Shown piece by piece: positions 36,366 through 48,139 of a stretch of 64,000 bases of DNA. Source of the DNA: Eutreptiella sp. 'Long Island Sound 2002' (taxonomy: Eukaryota; Protista; Euglenida); assembly GCA_964036045.1 (NCBI GenBank), contig OZ038378.1:141856001-141920000 (forward strand), given 5' to 3'. Numbering within the stretch: position 1 is the stretch's first letter; each line of letters begins with the position of its first letter. Below the pieces are notes generated by a model that did no database searches, was not told where the DNA came from, and worked only from the letters and a program-made list of their open reading frames with translations. Made by a program: the position numbers and the translations under genes.

Positions 36366-38345
36366 GCCGAATCCGAAGCACCGTGATGGAGATCTAATTT
36401 TTGCCCATTTTGTGTGTGCTTGCTGATTGTTGCTTGTTGCTACTGCTCCTACTACTGCTACTACTGCTTGCTTGTTGCTTGCTGCTTGCCAAACTTGGTA
36501 GGTCCACCTTGGATACTAAAGAGGGTTACAAAACCTAGCTAGTTGCACCATCTTGGTAAGCGTAAGCCTAACCCCAACCCTTGCTTCCTCAAGGTCCGCA
36601 GTGTGGGACCTCAAGCCCAAGCCACGTCCGCGATCCCTGTGGCTCATATCAACAGTCGCTTAGCTGACCTACCCGCAAAGCTCGAGGAGCTAAAACACGG
36701 TGAGTTGGCTCATATGGTCTAGGTCCAGGGCATCCACGGCAATGTAGGTCGGGGTGTTTGGGTGGTCCCCCAAGGGAAGGGTGTTGACGGGTGAGGGCTG
36801 CTAGTTGGGGGGCGCAGGGTATTGGGCAGGCGGGTGCTTTTTGCCCGCGGGGACCATGGGCCGGCCATGGGGCAATGGTGAAGGATGTCATTCTAGGGGG
36901 TGTCAGGGTGGTGCACTGGTGGTGGCCTTGGGGAGGCAGTCTCTCGATGCAGTGGGTTTGGGGCTTTGGGTAGTGTGGGGATCAATATGGTGTGAAGTGT
37001 AAAGGAGCCCATGGCATTGACGTACAAGACTCTGATCGGCGCGCCGAAGACTGGCTATCAAACAAGGAAGACGAGGCACAGAAAGGTGGGGTGTTGTCTT
37101 CATCATCGTCGCCATCCTCCTCCTTGTCGGCATCTTCATCCTCCTCCTCTTCATTGTCATCATCCTCTTCGGCATCATCAAAGGAGGAAGTTCCACAGCC
37201 AAGTAAAAGGAATTGGTACATAAAGACCGTTGCTAGAAACGACAAGCAGACCACGCACTAAGGATTTCACAGCCCCACAACCCCACAATAGCTATCCGCT
37301 GAGGTGATACCAACACTGTGGAATGGGACAGCATGCAATGGCCATCAGTGGGTGGCTAGAATGGTCTGGTAGTGGTAATGCAACACTGATTGAATGGCCA
37401 TGGCGGGCCGACTTCACCACGTGGGTGGGCCCCACCAATCATGGTGCTAATATGTCTCGCTATGCAAAATTGTCACCCTGACCTTCAACACGATGTACTG
37501 TACTGGTTTGCGCCGGCGGCATTTGGTTACCAAGCGTTGTCAACCTATGGCCCGTGTGTAGAGCCCCCTTGTAGCATGGGCTGGCGAAACGTACCTGTTT
37601 TTCTTCTTCTTGATGAAGTTTGCCATGCGAGGCATGCTGTATTGGAATGGCCATGTGGAAATGCAATGACATTTTGGGGTCCACAATGGGATGAAACATC
37701 GCCACTCCATATACCACTAATTCGTCCACTTGGGTTTCCACCCCTTCCAGGATTCTTACCGCCTAGAGGCCTGAGTGGGGTGCCATGATGCCCTTTTTGG
37801 AAAGGTAGCCGGGGTAGTTTTGGGGTCCACGTGCCCTTAAACACAATACCACCCGTGTTAATGAACTTTGCCTTTTTTGGCCGATTTTCATTTCCTGATA
37901 ACAATGACTTTTTTTCCAGACCCCCATCAAAGAGTGGCACAAAAGGCCAAAACTACCCAGCACCAAAACACATAGAGGCCATAAGTCCAGAACCCCCCAG
38001 AGTCTGATGAATAGATGGGGGAAAGGGGCGAGTGGTGCCTATAGAAGTGCACTGCTGCCTGAGTGTTGTTTCCGTGCCCGTCTGCTTGCTAACTAATTTC
38101 CCTGATGTTATGCGGTGCCTAGAAAATCCCCCTGGGCTTTCCATCCTAAGCTCAAACCTGCACCCACATGCTCTGCTGCAGCCCACCGCCCAACCTGCAC
38201 CCACACCCACACCCACACCTGCATCCACACCCACACCCGCACCCTCACTTTCACCTGCACCCAGAGCCATGGCCACGTCCACGCCCGTACCCACACCCAC
38301 CCACACCGTTACTCATCCTAACACCGTTCTTGCTCCACTCTCCAG

Positions 38346-38622
38346 GTATGCTGGCCCGCCTTCTCCAGCGCCTCCGCCACCCGCACGGTGGCCGAAGACT
38401 TCGTCAAGGGGGACGAGGGGACGTTGTTCTTCCTGCAGAGCACAGCAGCCCGCGCCATCAGTCGCTTCAGCAAGTTCCCAGACGAGGACGAGGTCATCTT
38501 CCGCCCCAACACCGTTTTCGAGATTACATCGACGCTGTACGGCACCTCCGAGATTGGGGAGTTTTATGCGAGCGTCGACAACATCGCAATGGTTGAGCTG
38601 ACGACCGCTGACGCAACCCAAG
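38346..38622 (+). CDS. Giant receptor-ADP-ribosyltransferase, exon 4: ART FSSAS and EDE motifs
   Basis: CTCCAG|GTA acceptor gives YKTGSQ|VCWPAFSSAS..FPDEDEVIFRPNTVFEI; donor CAAG|GTCATT, phase 1. Confidence 0.9.
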
Positions 38623-38639
38623 GTCATTCCCGTCACTCT

Positions 38640-39755
38640 TTTCCATCACTCTGTGCCCTGACACCATCACTCTACAACGTTGCTCTACACTGTTACTCTA
38701 CCCCATAGCTCTACACCACAGCTCTACACCATCACTCTGCATCATCACTCGTGCTGGTGTAGACTGATGGTGTAGAGTGATGGTCCTGACTGCTGATGAT
38801 GAGTGATGGTGCAGCCTGAGAGTGTAGAGGTCGGAGGAGAATTCAAACGCCTGAGGGGATTCCCCAGGTGCTTCATAATGATAGGGATTGCATGTCTTGT
38901 GCGCCAGCCCTGCCTGATTCGGTGGTATGCTTCCCCTTCTGCACTCGAGGTTCAACCTGGAACCTGCGTTCTCAACCGGCTGCGTGACCGCTAAACTGCG
39001 AGGAACCACCCAAGCAACAGTATGCAGCAAGGCCAGATAGCAAAGGCACAGAGTAGAGTGATGGTGCAGAGCGATGATACAGAGCGTCCACACCATCGCT
39101 CTGCATCATTGCTCAACACCAGCGCTTGACAACACTGCTCTGCACCGTCGCTCCACCCCATCACTCCACCCCATCACCCTACATCATTGCTCTACCCCAG
39201 TATTCTACCACATCCCTCTACACTGTTACTCTACCAACTCTCTACGGCATCCCTCTACACCATCACCCGGGCCCATCACACTACCCTATCAGACTACGCC
39301 AGCGCTACAACATCACTTCGCCGTTACTCTACAGTGTTACTCTACACCATCACCCCACACCATCACTCTACACCAGCACTCTACAACACCCCCGCTCTGC
39401 ACCATTGCTCTACACCATCACTCGATAACACCATCGCTCTGCCGTTACAGCGTCTCTGAGATTTCCGTGATCTCGCTGAGAAGAACCTTCCGTGATTTAT
39501 CATGGCATTTCCGTGCCTCAAAAAATTTCCATATGCATCAAAAATCTTGGTTTTGGAGCCTCGGGGGGGGGATTTCATTGCTTTACCCCTACTTCCCCCA
39601 GATGCCATAGTGTAAAGTGAATCTGTACAGTGATGGTGTAGACTGATGGTGCAGAGGGATGGTGTACAATGTTCGCACTGCACCATCACCCTGTGCCACC
39701 CCCCACAGCCATGCATCATCCCTCTACATCATCTCACAACACCAACACACTCCAC
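38640..39755. repeat. Intronic minisatellite (~13-nt CACCATCACTCTA-like unit) in alternating orientation blocks
   Basis: Forward blocks ~38640-38750, ~39085-39430 and ~39680-39755; reverse blocks ~38755-38830, ~39050-39080 and ~39625-39670. Confidence 0.8.
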
Positions 39756-39761
39756 TCGCAG

Positions 39762-40789
39762 CGCAGCACGACGGCGGCGGCGCCAACAACTTGACGTACG
39801 TTGGCTTCTCCCTGAACAACACCTTCGCCTACGCGCTCCTCAATTTGGTGGTCAACTCCCCCATTGCCCTATTGGAGTCCCTGGAGACCCGGCCCGACCC
39901 CCAGGGCGGCCTGACGGCCCGCCTGGCCCTAAGGCGCAACCCCCACGGCGAGCTCACGGAGCTGCCGGGGCCCGAGGCCATCGAGACGGTGGAGGAGGGC
40001 CCCCCGGGGGCCGTGGCCGGGGACGATGCGCCGGAGGTCCCGTCCGACTGGTCGAGCGGCGACTCGGACTCGGACGCCCCGCCCAACAGCCCCGAGGTCT
40101 GGGACGAGGACGTCCCCGACCCCGTGGCGACGCTCGGGACGCTGCTGCGGGCGGACTTTGATTCGGCCGCGAGCCTCGACCTCGGGTTCCGGCGCAGGAC
40201 CGGGGGGGGCTCGGAAGGGCACGCGCCGGAGGCGGAGGGGGGGCCGGGGCAGCGGGAGGCAGCCGAGAGGGAGGGGGGGCCGGGGCAGCAGGAGGCAGCC
40301 GAGAGGGAGGGGGGGCCGGGGCAGCAGGAGGCAGCCGAGAGGGAGGGGGGGGTCGAGGCGGGGCCGGAGGCGGGGGGGGCAAAGGGGGTGATGGCGCCGT
40401 GGGAGGACCCGCGTAAAGGGCCAGTGGCCGAGCCGTGGCGTCCGCCGGAGGACGAGGAAGGCGAAGCGTCGGGGTCGCCCATGGTCGTCAGCAGCCGGCG
40501 CTTGCGGTGGCCATTGCACGTCAGTAGTTCGCAGACGGACGCCGGACGGCTCAGCCCGATATCGGACATTGAGAGTCCGAAGGAGGAGGCGTTTCCAAAT
40601 GCCCCTCTGCTGCCGGACCCCGTGGTCTCCGGCCATTCTCAAGTGCGGGACCCCACCGTCATCCCGGGGTCTGGGCCCGACGAGGGGGGGGGCGCGCGGT
40701 GGCACCCGCCCGCTGCCGTCGACCCTCAAGGGCTGTCAGGGGAGTTGCGGATTGATATGCGGGCGAGATCGGGAACGCTCCGTCCCTGA
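39762..40789 (+). CDS. Giant receptor-ADP-ribosyltransferase, exon 5: short folded segment and acidic disordered tail with 3x 12-aa repeat
   Basis: TCGCAG|CG acceptor, phase 1, matches exon 4; GC-rich coding style; GGPGQ(R/Q)EAAERE x3; stop at 40787-40789. Exon total is 12327 nt = 4108 aa plus stop. Confidence 0.75.
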
Positions 40790-40799
40790 CCCCCGGGAA

Positions 40800-40905
40800 A
40801 GGGAGGCAGGAAGGGCGGGAGGGAGGGAGGGAGGGGGGGAGGCAGGAAGGGCGGGCGGGAGGGAGGGAGGGAGGGAGGGAGGGAGGGAGGGAGGGAGGTG
40901 GAGGG
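40800..40905. repeat. (GGGA)n-like simple repeat
   Basis: Directly visible just after the exon 5 stop. Confidence 0.9.
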
Positions 40906-42066
40906 GAGGCAGTCAAGTACATGATACGGCGCGCCAGCTGCTCGCCCACATGGCTGCTGTTTGGACTTTGTACCTTGGAAAGGGCGCTTGTCGCTCCTGG
41001 AGTTGCAGTGACGCCCGGCATCCCCCACTGCTTTCGGCGGTGTAATTGCAGGGGCAGCTCCGACTTGCTTATGGTGGTTGGGGGCCACCTCTGATTCTGC
41101 CCCCCGCTCTGAAGCGGTGGGAACCCCCCAGGCGGCAGGGGTTATGTAGCCACCTTGCCCACTTGTGGGCCATCCCAGGCCAGACTCCTGATAGGAGGGG
41201 GGCGTTATACATGGGGTGATATGCGGGGAGATGGGCTGCGGAGTCAAAAAGGTGCAACCAAAGCTTTTGTTGTTATTTTCACTTCACAATGATGCAATGC
41301 CTGGGGGAGAGAAAGAGGATGTAGGTTCCGTGCACTGTAGATTCAATTTGAACGAGGAACTGATTTGACCTGCACATTTCACAGGTGTCCAAACTCTTTG
41401 TAGCAGAAGCATCCTCCCTCCCTCCCTCCCTCCCTCCCACCCCCCCTCCCTCATGACGCTTGAGGTTCTGGATAACGAAGCGCTTTGGATGACAGCAGCG
41501 TGTCATGGGGAGGTTTGTTGACATATCTCTTGATATACCCATCAATCCAGAAAAACGGGGGGCCTGAACAATGGTCGGCGGAGCATCCCACCTCTCAGAT
41601 CCCTCTAAGGGGGAGGGGTACCCTGTGACAGGGGGCGGCTCAATTGTGCTGAGGTGTCATCTCCTCCTCAGAAGTCGGAGCCCCGGGCCCTTCTCAGATG
41701 CACTCACGCCAGTGCGCTCTGTGCATGTGCACTACCCCCCCAGGATCCTGGGGCCCTTCTCATTTTGCCTCTTGCAGAACACTGGGGTCCTTGGGTCCCC
41801 TCCTGTAGTCCTTGCCCCCCCCCCCCCCCCCCAACCTCCATCACTTGATTGAAAACCACAGGGACGCGGTCAGGGTCTCTGTTCTGTTTGCTTCACCAGG
41901 CCCATGTATGTTGCCGGAAACCTCTCAGTTTGGGTGCATTTTCACGTCCTGCAGAGATGAAAAAAAAAGAGACACCCACAGTTGAGGCGGAGCGTATGGG
42001 ACTCAGTCGAAGCTTGTCGTTTTCCTGCGGCTTGGACCGAGCAGCCAGCAAGTGGTGGGCGGCTGG

Positions 42067-42141
42067 TCCTCCTCCTCCTCCTCCTCCTCCTCCTCCTCCT
42101 CCTCCTCCTCCTCCTCCTCCTCCTCCTCCTCCTCCTCCTCC
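42067..42141. repeat. (TCC)n microsatellite
   Basis: Directly visible; a second (TCC)n lies at ~63872-63916. Confidence 0.95.
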
Positions 42142-44338
42142 ACAGGGGCTGTAGACGTGCCTGTCCTCTGTTTCGGGTGATTCATGGGGAGTTATGAGGA
42201 TGGTGGATGTGCTTGTGACCCTTGTGGCCATGTGCTGTAGGGCAGCCCCCGAACCCCTCTTGGCCATTTTGGCACCATTTGGGTAGATCGCGGGGGAACA
42301 CCCCACTTTGACCCATAATTTCAAATATACTTTTCCCTCCATTTTTTAACAAGCCGAATCCACCCAAATAATTCACTCCCTGCGAAGACGGAAAATTTTT
42401 TTGCGCGTCGCGCTGCGCGCGCATATTGCCAAAGTCAGGTTGGAGAGGGGGGGGGGAGGGGGCACAGGGGAGTTCCGAGAGTTGGGCTGACCTGGGCTGA
42501 GGCCCCGAACCGTTGGGGGCCGGGATGGTCAGCCAGCACAGCCCTGAATGGGTAACCCCATCCCTTGTGTCCATCTTGCACCACGGTTGTAAAAGTGACC
42601 CACACCGCCCTGAACCCACCCATACCGCCCTTAACCCACCCACACCGCCCTTAATGCACTCACCCAGCCCATGACCCAGCCACCCATCTTTTGGCACACC
42701 TGTTGACCCACTCACAAGAGTCCTTGACCAGCCCCTGACAGTTTAGGCGATTTCTTGTGGTCGCAATGCCCTGACCTCAGCACCAATCCTTGCATTGCAC
42801 AGTCCGGTGTCTGCAAGCCTGCCTATCTACGGCACAAGGACTGCCGACAGGGGTCCAGCCGAGTGACGCCCTGGCTGTCCCCAGTGGCAGACCAATCAGG
42901 AGGCGTCATTGAGGTATCGCGAACAGTAGAGCTGCATCATAACATTGGTCCCACAAGTGTGTGTGTCAATACATTCAGTACAATCGTGCTCCTTACACTC
43001 ATCCCAAACTACAACGGTGGAGCATTATGGCAACACAACACACACACTTCTGCCTCATCCTCTGCCTCATCTTGCGTGCCACAACCAAGCGAACAGCTGC
43101 TCAATGCGTGCCCTATACCACCCGTGCACGTCATTGTAACATTGTTGGCGGGCTGTCAAAGTGCCATTCTTTCTTCCAATTAATGGCACAATGACATGAA
43201 TCCGGCCCTTATAAGCACCATCATGGCCCCCAACTTCGAAATCAAAGAAATCACCTCGGGTACGAGAAGGTCCATACCCATCCCAAATCTGCTGATGTCC
43301 CGGGGGCCAAGGGGCAAATCCATATAATGTTGCCCAACATATCAACGGCAAAAGTCCACCGGTAGGGCACGGGTCAAAAAAGATGCCCGGCGCGCGCCCG
43401 GCGCGCTAACGTTCCCCCTGAGGTGTCAAAATCGGGAAATTCATTGGGGGATCATTTCGTCTCCCCAGATGACAATTTTGCAAGGGGGTACACATCGAAT
43501 TTGATTGGGGTATGCTTCCCCCAAGAGGGGAAGCAATGTCACAGGAGCAGTGATGTGGAAGTAGTTTCACAGCCAAAGAGTCAGAAGGGGCCAATGGACA
43601 TGTTCACTCCCCCAATAACAAGCAATACCCCATTCGAACAGTAGTAAGGGACAGGAAACCCCTGCAGATTGCATCAAAGAGAATCAAACAAAGTGGACGC
43701 ACACCATCAGTGGACACCAAAACCCGTGAGGGTGCGTGCACACCACTCAACAGCTCCTCTTCTGGCCTGATACAACGAGACTTTGAGCCCTACACCTGGG
43801 GATTGGGTGTCAGTTGCCGTGGTGATGTCAACTGACTGCACTCGGCACACACCGTGTGCATACCATGCAAACATTGACATCTGACGCACACACAGTTTTT
43901 GCTTGCTGGACATGCTACAAAGGGGTCAGAGAGGCAAAATACAGTCAAAAACTCTTCTCAGGGCTTACTGAAGACTACAGCAAACCCCGCCCCAACGTCA
44001 GCCAACAATGCGGCTAGTCCGCTGATTGGGTGACTGCTTGCCTTCGGTGATGCTTGACTTCGTGAATTGTGTGTTGAATACATTAATTGGGATGGATCGC
44101 CTCTATGCTCTTCTGAGAGGTTACCCGGAAACTACACTACACTGAAAGCTACACCGTCGTACAATAGATGATGTCATGAAACTCTGGGACAGAAACTTGG
44201 CTTCGAATTGGTCTACCTAAAGGTGAACGAGTATCAGCAGGAGATGAATCCAGAAGGCCGGTTCGTCCAGGTCCACTCCGGGAGGGCTGGGTGCAGTAGT
44301 GTCTGCGGTGCACAGCAAATGCGAGACTGCCGTCGGGT

Positions 44339-44464
44339 TTGGAAGTGGACAAGGAGGCAGAAGCGCTGATGCGGTTGTGCTATCCTAACCCCCCATTCTC
44401 CCAACTTGCTAAGGTGTTGACCAAGACCGCCCTTAAAGGAGCGAGAGTGGTACTGTGTACCCCA
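44339..44464 (+). pseudogene. Fragment of a retrotransposon-type Dam-like N6-adenine methyltransferase
   Basis: LCYPNPPFSQLAKVLTK..GARVVLCTP resembles the Y.NPPF..l..vl.K..a.vilv.P segment of DIRS-type methylase domains; cut off by repeat sequence. Confidence 0.55.
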
Positions 44465-45559
44465 GTTTGCAACTTTCTTGAGCTGGGGCAGTTTGGGTCA
44501 CCTAATTCTAAGGGCGTTTCCAAGGGGTGTGCTTGGGGGCTCTTCGGGGGGAACATAGCCTAAAAGTAGCGCGCCGGGCGCGCGCCGGGCAAACATTCCC
44601 CCTCAGCCTCCCGTTGCTGGGTACTGTTTTTTTGGGGGGGAAGGTTGGGGTATGGGGGTGGGGGTCCAGGGGCGTCACAAATCGCAAATTTTGACCTGCC
44701 CCTCCCCCTTTGACGAAAACATCATAAGTTTGGAATCACCTTGCAGAGGTCATCAAAGCCACACAGACCCGCAACTATGGGAACACCACACACAAAACTG
44801 AATATCCTTTTTGATATTGTGCCCTCCCGCAGTGATCAACTGTCCCGCGTAAAGCAGGTTTGAGACTTTCTTTGTGGGGGTTTCACCTCACTTGACCATT
44901 GCGTGCAGGGGAGCGGGTTCCTTCGTAAGGGCCCTATCAACATGCAGTTTGCAGCCTCAATAGCTCAAACCGAAATTTCCGAAACTAATTTTTATTCATG
45001 TTGCTACCACCCGCAATTATCAAATCCCCCATGTAAAGCATGCCCCTTGACCTCTATACACAGGTTTATGGATGCAAAAAGACGAATGCCCACTTCGTGT
45101 GTCTTTCACCCCATTTGGCCATGGGATGCGGGAAGGGGGGCTTCCAAGGCACAGGCCCCCCACGCGCTTTCTGGTGCCTTGCCAAAGGCCATAGAATTCC
45201 GGAACATTTTTCTGCCTCCCTTAAGTCCTTGTTGCCTCCCTCCTTCGCCAGGTCTAGCTGAAGCAGCACCGGATTTTTCTGCAAGGAAGAGGTGTTCAAC
45301 AAGAGAACCACCGAGAAGGCAGGGATCATGTAGCCATTCCGCCCAACTCTGGGCCCCGGGGAAGGCAGGGGTTTTGTAATCATCTCTGATTTTGTCCCCT
45401 TTGTTGGGGACCCCCGAGAGGGCAATAATAATGTAGCCATTCCGCCCAATTGTCCGCCCCCGAGGAGGCAGGTGTTGCGTTGCCACTTCTGATTTTGTCT
45501 CCTTTGTTGGCATTTTGTGTAATTGATCTATCATCCATTGTTGGTCCATCGTCCTACAC

Positions 45560-46142
45560 AAATCACCTCGAAGAGAGGTTATTCGATCAAGCGCCAGCGC
45601 AAACCCGCACCCCCCCCCCCCTTTTTGGGACGTCGTTCTCATAGCATGCCCGAAGGTATGGTATTGAATATCTAACCCCTTGTAGAATAATTTTTTTCCC
45701 CAAAACAATCCCCCAATGGATTTTTTTGATTTCGAGGCCTGTATCCCCCTAAAACTGAACGTCACATTTTAGGGGTGGGGGTGGGGCGGGGTGGGGGAGT
45801 CAAAAGTTGGTGCGCAAAAGGATTGAACAAGGGTCGGCCGAAAACGAATAATGGATTGATTGCCCCGCACTTGTGATCGCGTGCTAGGATTTGAACCGCC
45901 GACCTTTGCGGCACAAAGGGAGTGTTCTAACTCTTGATCGCCGATTGATCCGGTGTAATCCCGGGTTCCCCACTGTTTATAGATGTAGTGGGCGACTGAA
46001 AAAAGGCCAAACTGTGTGGTCCTGTCTGCCTATCTGCCTGCTTGACCGACCGACTACTGGACTGACCGCTTGCTTGCTTGACTAACTGACTGATTGGCTG
46101 ACTATCGGCCTGTTTTCGAGGTGCCTTGCCGAAGGCAATAGA
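45560..46142 (+). repeat. Dispersed repeat family A, copy 2
   Basis: Same conserved blocks as copies 1 and 3; retains a minus-strand tRNA-like module at 45877-45944. Confidence 0.85.
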
Positions 46143-46154
46143 TCTTTTTGGTTG

Positions 46155-46400
46155 GGAAGGGTTGGGGAAATTATTGGGGAAGAGATTCGGGGGCCGAGTT
46201 GGAGAAGTGGTTGGGGAAGTGGTTCGGTAAATGGTTGGGGAAGTGGTTGGGGAAGGGGTTGGGGAAGTGCTTGGGGAAGTGGGTGGGGAAGGGGTTGCTT
46301 TACGTGGTTTGGGAGTTGGTTGGGAAGTGGTGAGGCAAGTGGTGTGGGATTTGGTTGGGGAAGGGGTTGGAGATTTGGTTGGGGAGGTGGTTGGGGCAGT
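46155..46400. repeat. Degenerate GTTGGGGAA(GTG) tandem repeat
   Basis: Directly visible array; source of the PQPL and TTSP pseudo-ORFs. Confidence 0.85.
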
Positions 46401-46939
46401 TGATAGGCCAACCACCACCTTTGCCATCCGGTCCCATATTTTTCCATATTCATGGGCATTTGCCCTGACACAAAGTTTTGGCACCCTGGGGACAGTGGTT
46501 GTTACAGCCTAGTAACACCCCAAGGACCAGATAGAAGCATCTCAAACTGCCCATTGTCGTCCACCCATGTGCGTAATGTCACATCGCTCTGTGACCGTTG
46601 GGTGCTCTTGGCTCCTTTCGCTTGATTATTATGACGGGGCTGATTCGACTTTCACGGATTGTGCCTCTTGAATCTCCACTGTTCCAACCCCGCGAGGACA
46701 TGTCGCATCGGGTTAGCAGGCTGCTACGGCATTTCCTCCACCAGTTTTATTAGCTCCTTTGCCAATGATCTGCCAATCGCCTTTTCCAACCACTCCTACA
46801 AGGGTTGCTCGATGCATTTCAAAGTGACATGTTGCACGATGTGGCTTTATTATGAAGTTTCCAACCTTCCTCCATGTTGTCTTTCATACATTGCTGTCTT
46901 TTGCTTCAATTTTTTATTCCGTCACCATCATTCTACGTC

Positions 46940-47041
46940 ATGGCTTGTGAGGGTGTAGAAGTATCTTGTTCTGGTTGTGCCGAGGAGCTACTGAGGGTCA
47001 CTAGGGTCTTAGCTAGTCGTTCCGTTGGGAATATTGCCATT
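46940..47041 (+). CDS. Kinase-fold gene exon 1 (degenerate Gly-rich loop)
   Basis: LRVTRVLASRSVGNIAI aligns to subdomain I; donor ATT|GTGGGT, phase 0. Confidence 0.6.
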
Positions 47042-47114
47042 GTGGGTTTTAAGTCGCCCGAGCTCCCGAATCCCTTGTTTGTACTCAAACAATTTTTTGC
47101 CTTCTCTTTTGTAG

Positions 47115-47520
47115 GCAGTTTTCTATCCACCCAGTCCGAGTTACATGAATCGTCCTGATTTGGTGCTGTGTGTTCCTTCCCCCCTTGGCAAACGTGACGT
47201 GGTCCTCAAAAAGCAGACCGTGGAGGACACTGTACATAAGGAAGGCATGATTAGGGAGTTGGCTATCCTCCAACGCATTGCGAAAGAATGGCCGCATGGT
47301 CACCCATGCCTCGTGCGCCTCCAAGAGACCTGGCGATACGAGTCTAGTTGTTACATGGCTCTTGAGTACTGCCAAGGCGGCCATCTGAGTGCACGGATTC
47401 GAGACGGACATGCGGTTGATTTGCTCGTTGCTGGGGCCTGTATGTTTGCAGGCCTCACGGGTCTTCATGCTCTTGGGGCAATTTGGCGGGACGTAAAACC
47501 TGACAATGTGCTCAGCACTG
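47115..47520 (+). CDS. Kinase-fold gene exon 2 (subdomains II-VIb; 3' end uncertain)
   Basis: TTGTAG|GCA acceptor, phase 0; VVLKK, IRELAIL, HPCLVRL, YMALEYCQGG, IWRDVKPDNVL. Confidence 0.8.
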
Positions 47521-47676
47521 GATTGATCTTGAACCGATGTTTTGCCAAGAGAAGAGCTGTACATGGACTGTCCGGAGATGTTTGACAGTACGAGACAGAA
47601 TGCGAATTGACTGACGTGCAGGGCAGGTGAGGGAAGCAATCACAAAACCCCGCTGTTCACGCAAAAGCTACACTAG

Positions 47677-47774
47677 AATTTAATGATGTGGAATTGTTCA
47701 AATTGGCCAACTTCGACAAAGGCATTGGGTTGCCGCAACCATCCGGTGATGGCTGTCCGACCCCAGTGGACAAA
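47677..47774 (+). CDS. Kinase-fold gene exon 3 (KLANFD in place of KLADFG; 5' end uncertain)
   Basis: ELFKLANFDKG..PVDK with strong donor AAA|GTATGT, phase 0. Confidence 0.6.
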
Positions 47775-48139
47775 GTATGTTCTGGGTGTCACCGTAGTAT
47801 GTTGGTGTGATCTAGTCCAAACAAGAATTGAATGACAAGTAAATTTGGCGTGGAAAGTGGAGCTAGGATTAAAATACCAAGCTGAAATGTAAATCCCATC
47901 CTTCCCAAAGCAAACAAAAACCATTTCGGCTAATGGTCCTACTTGCCAATGGTAACATGAAAACAACAAGGAAAAACAGAATGCCTGCTGCCATACCTAA
48001 AGAGGTTCAAGCATGTGTCACCCTGTGTGTGCACGCAAAGTAAGAACCGTGCGGGAAACGGAGGTGCTGTGGTAGGTAGGCAGAGGGTAAGGACCAAGAT
48101 AGACAGACTATCCGGTCACTGACCCGATGTGCGGGGCAC

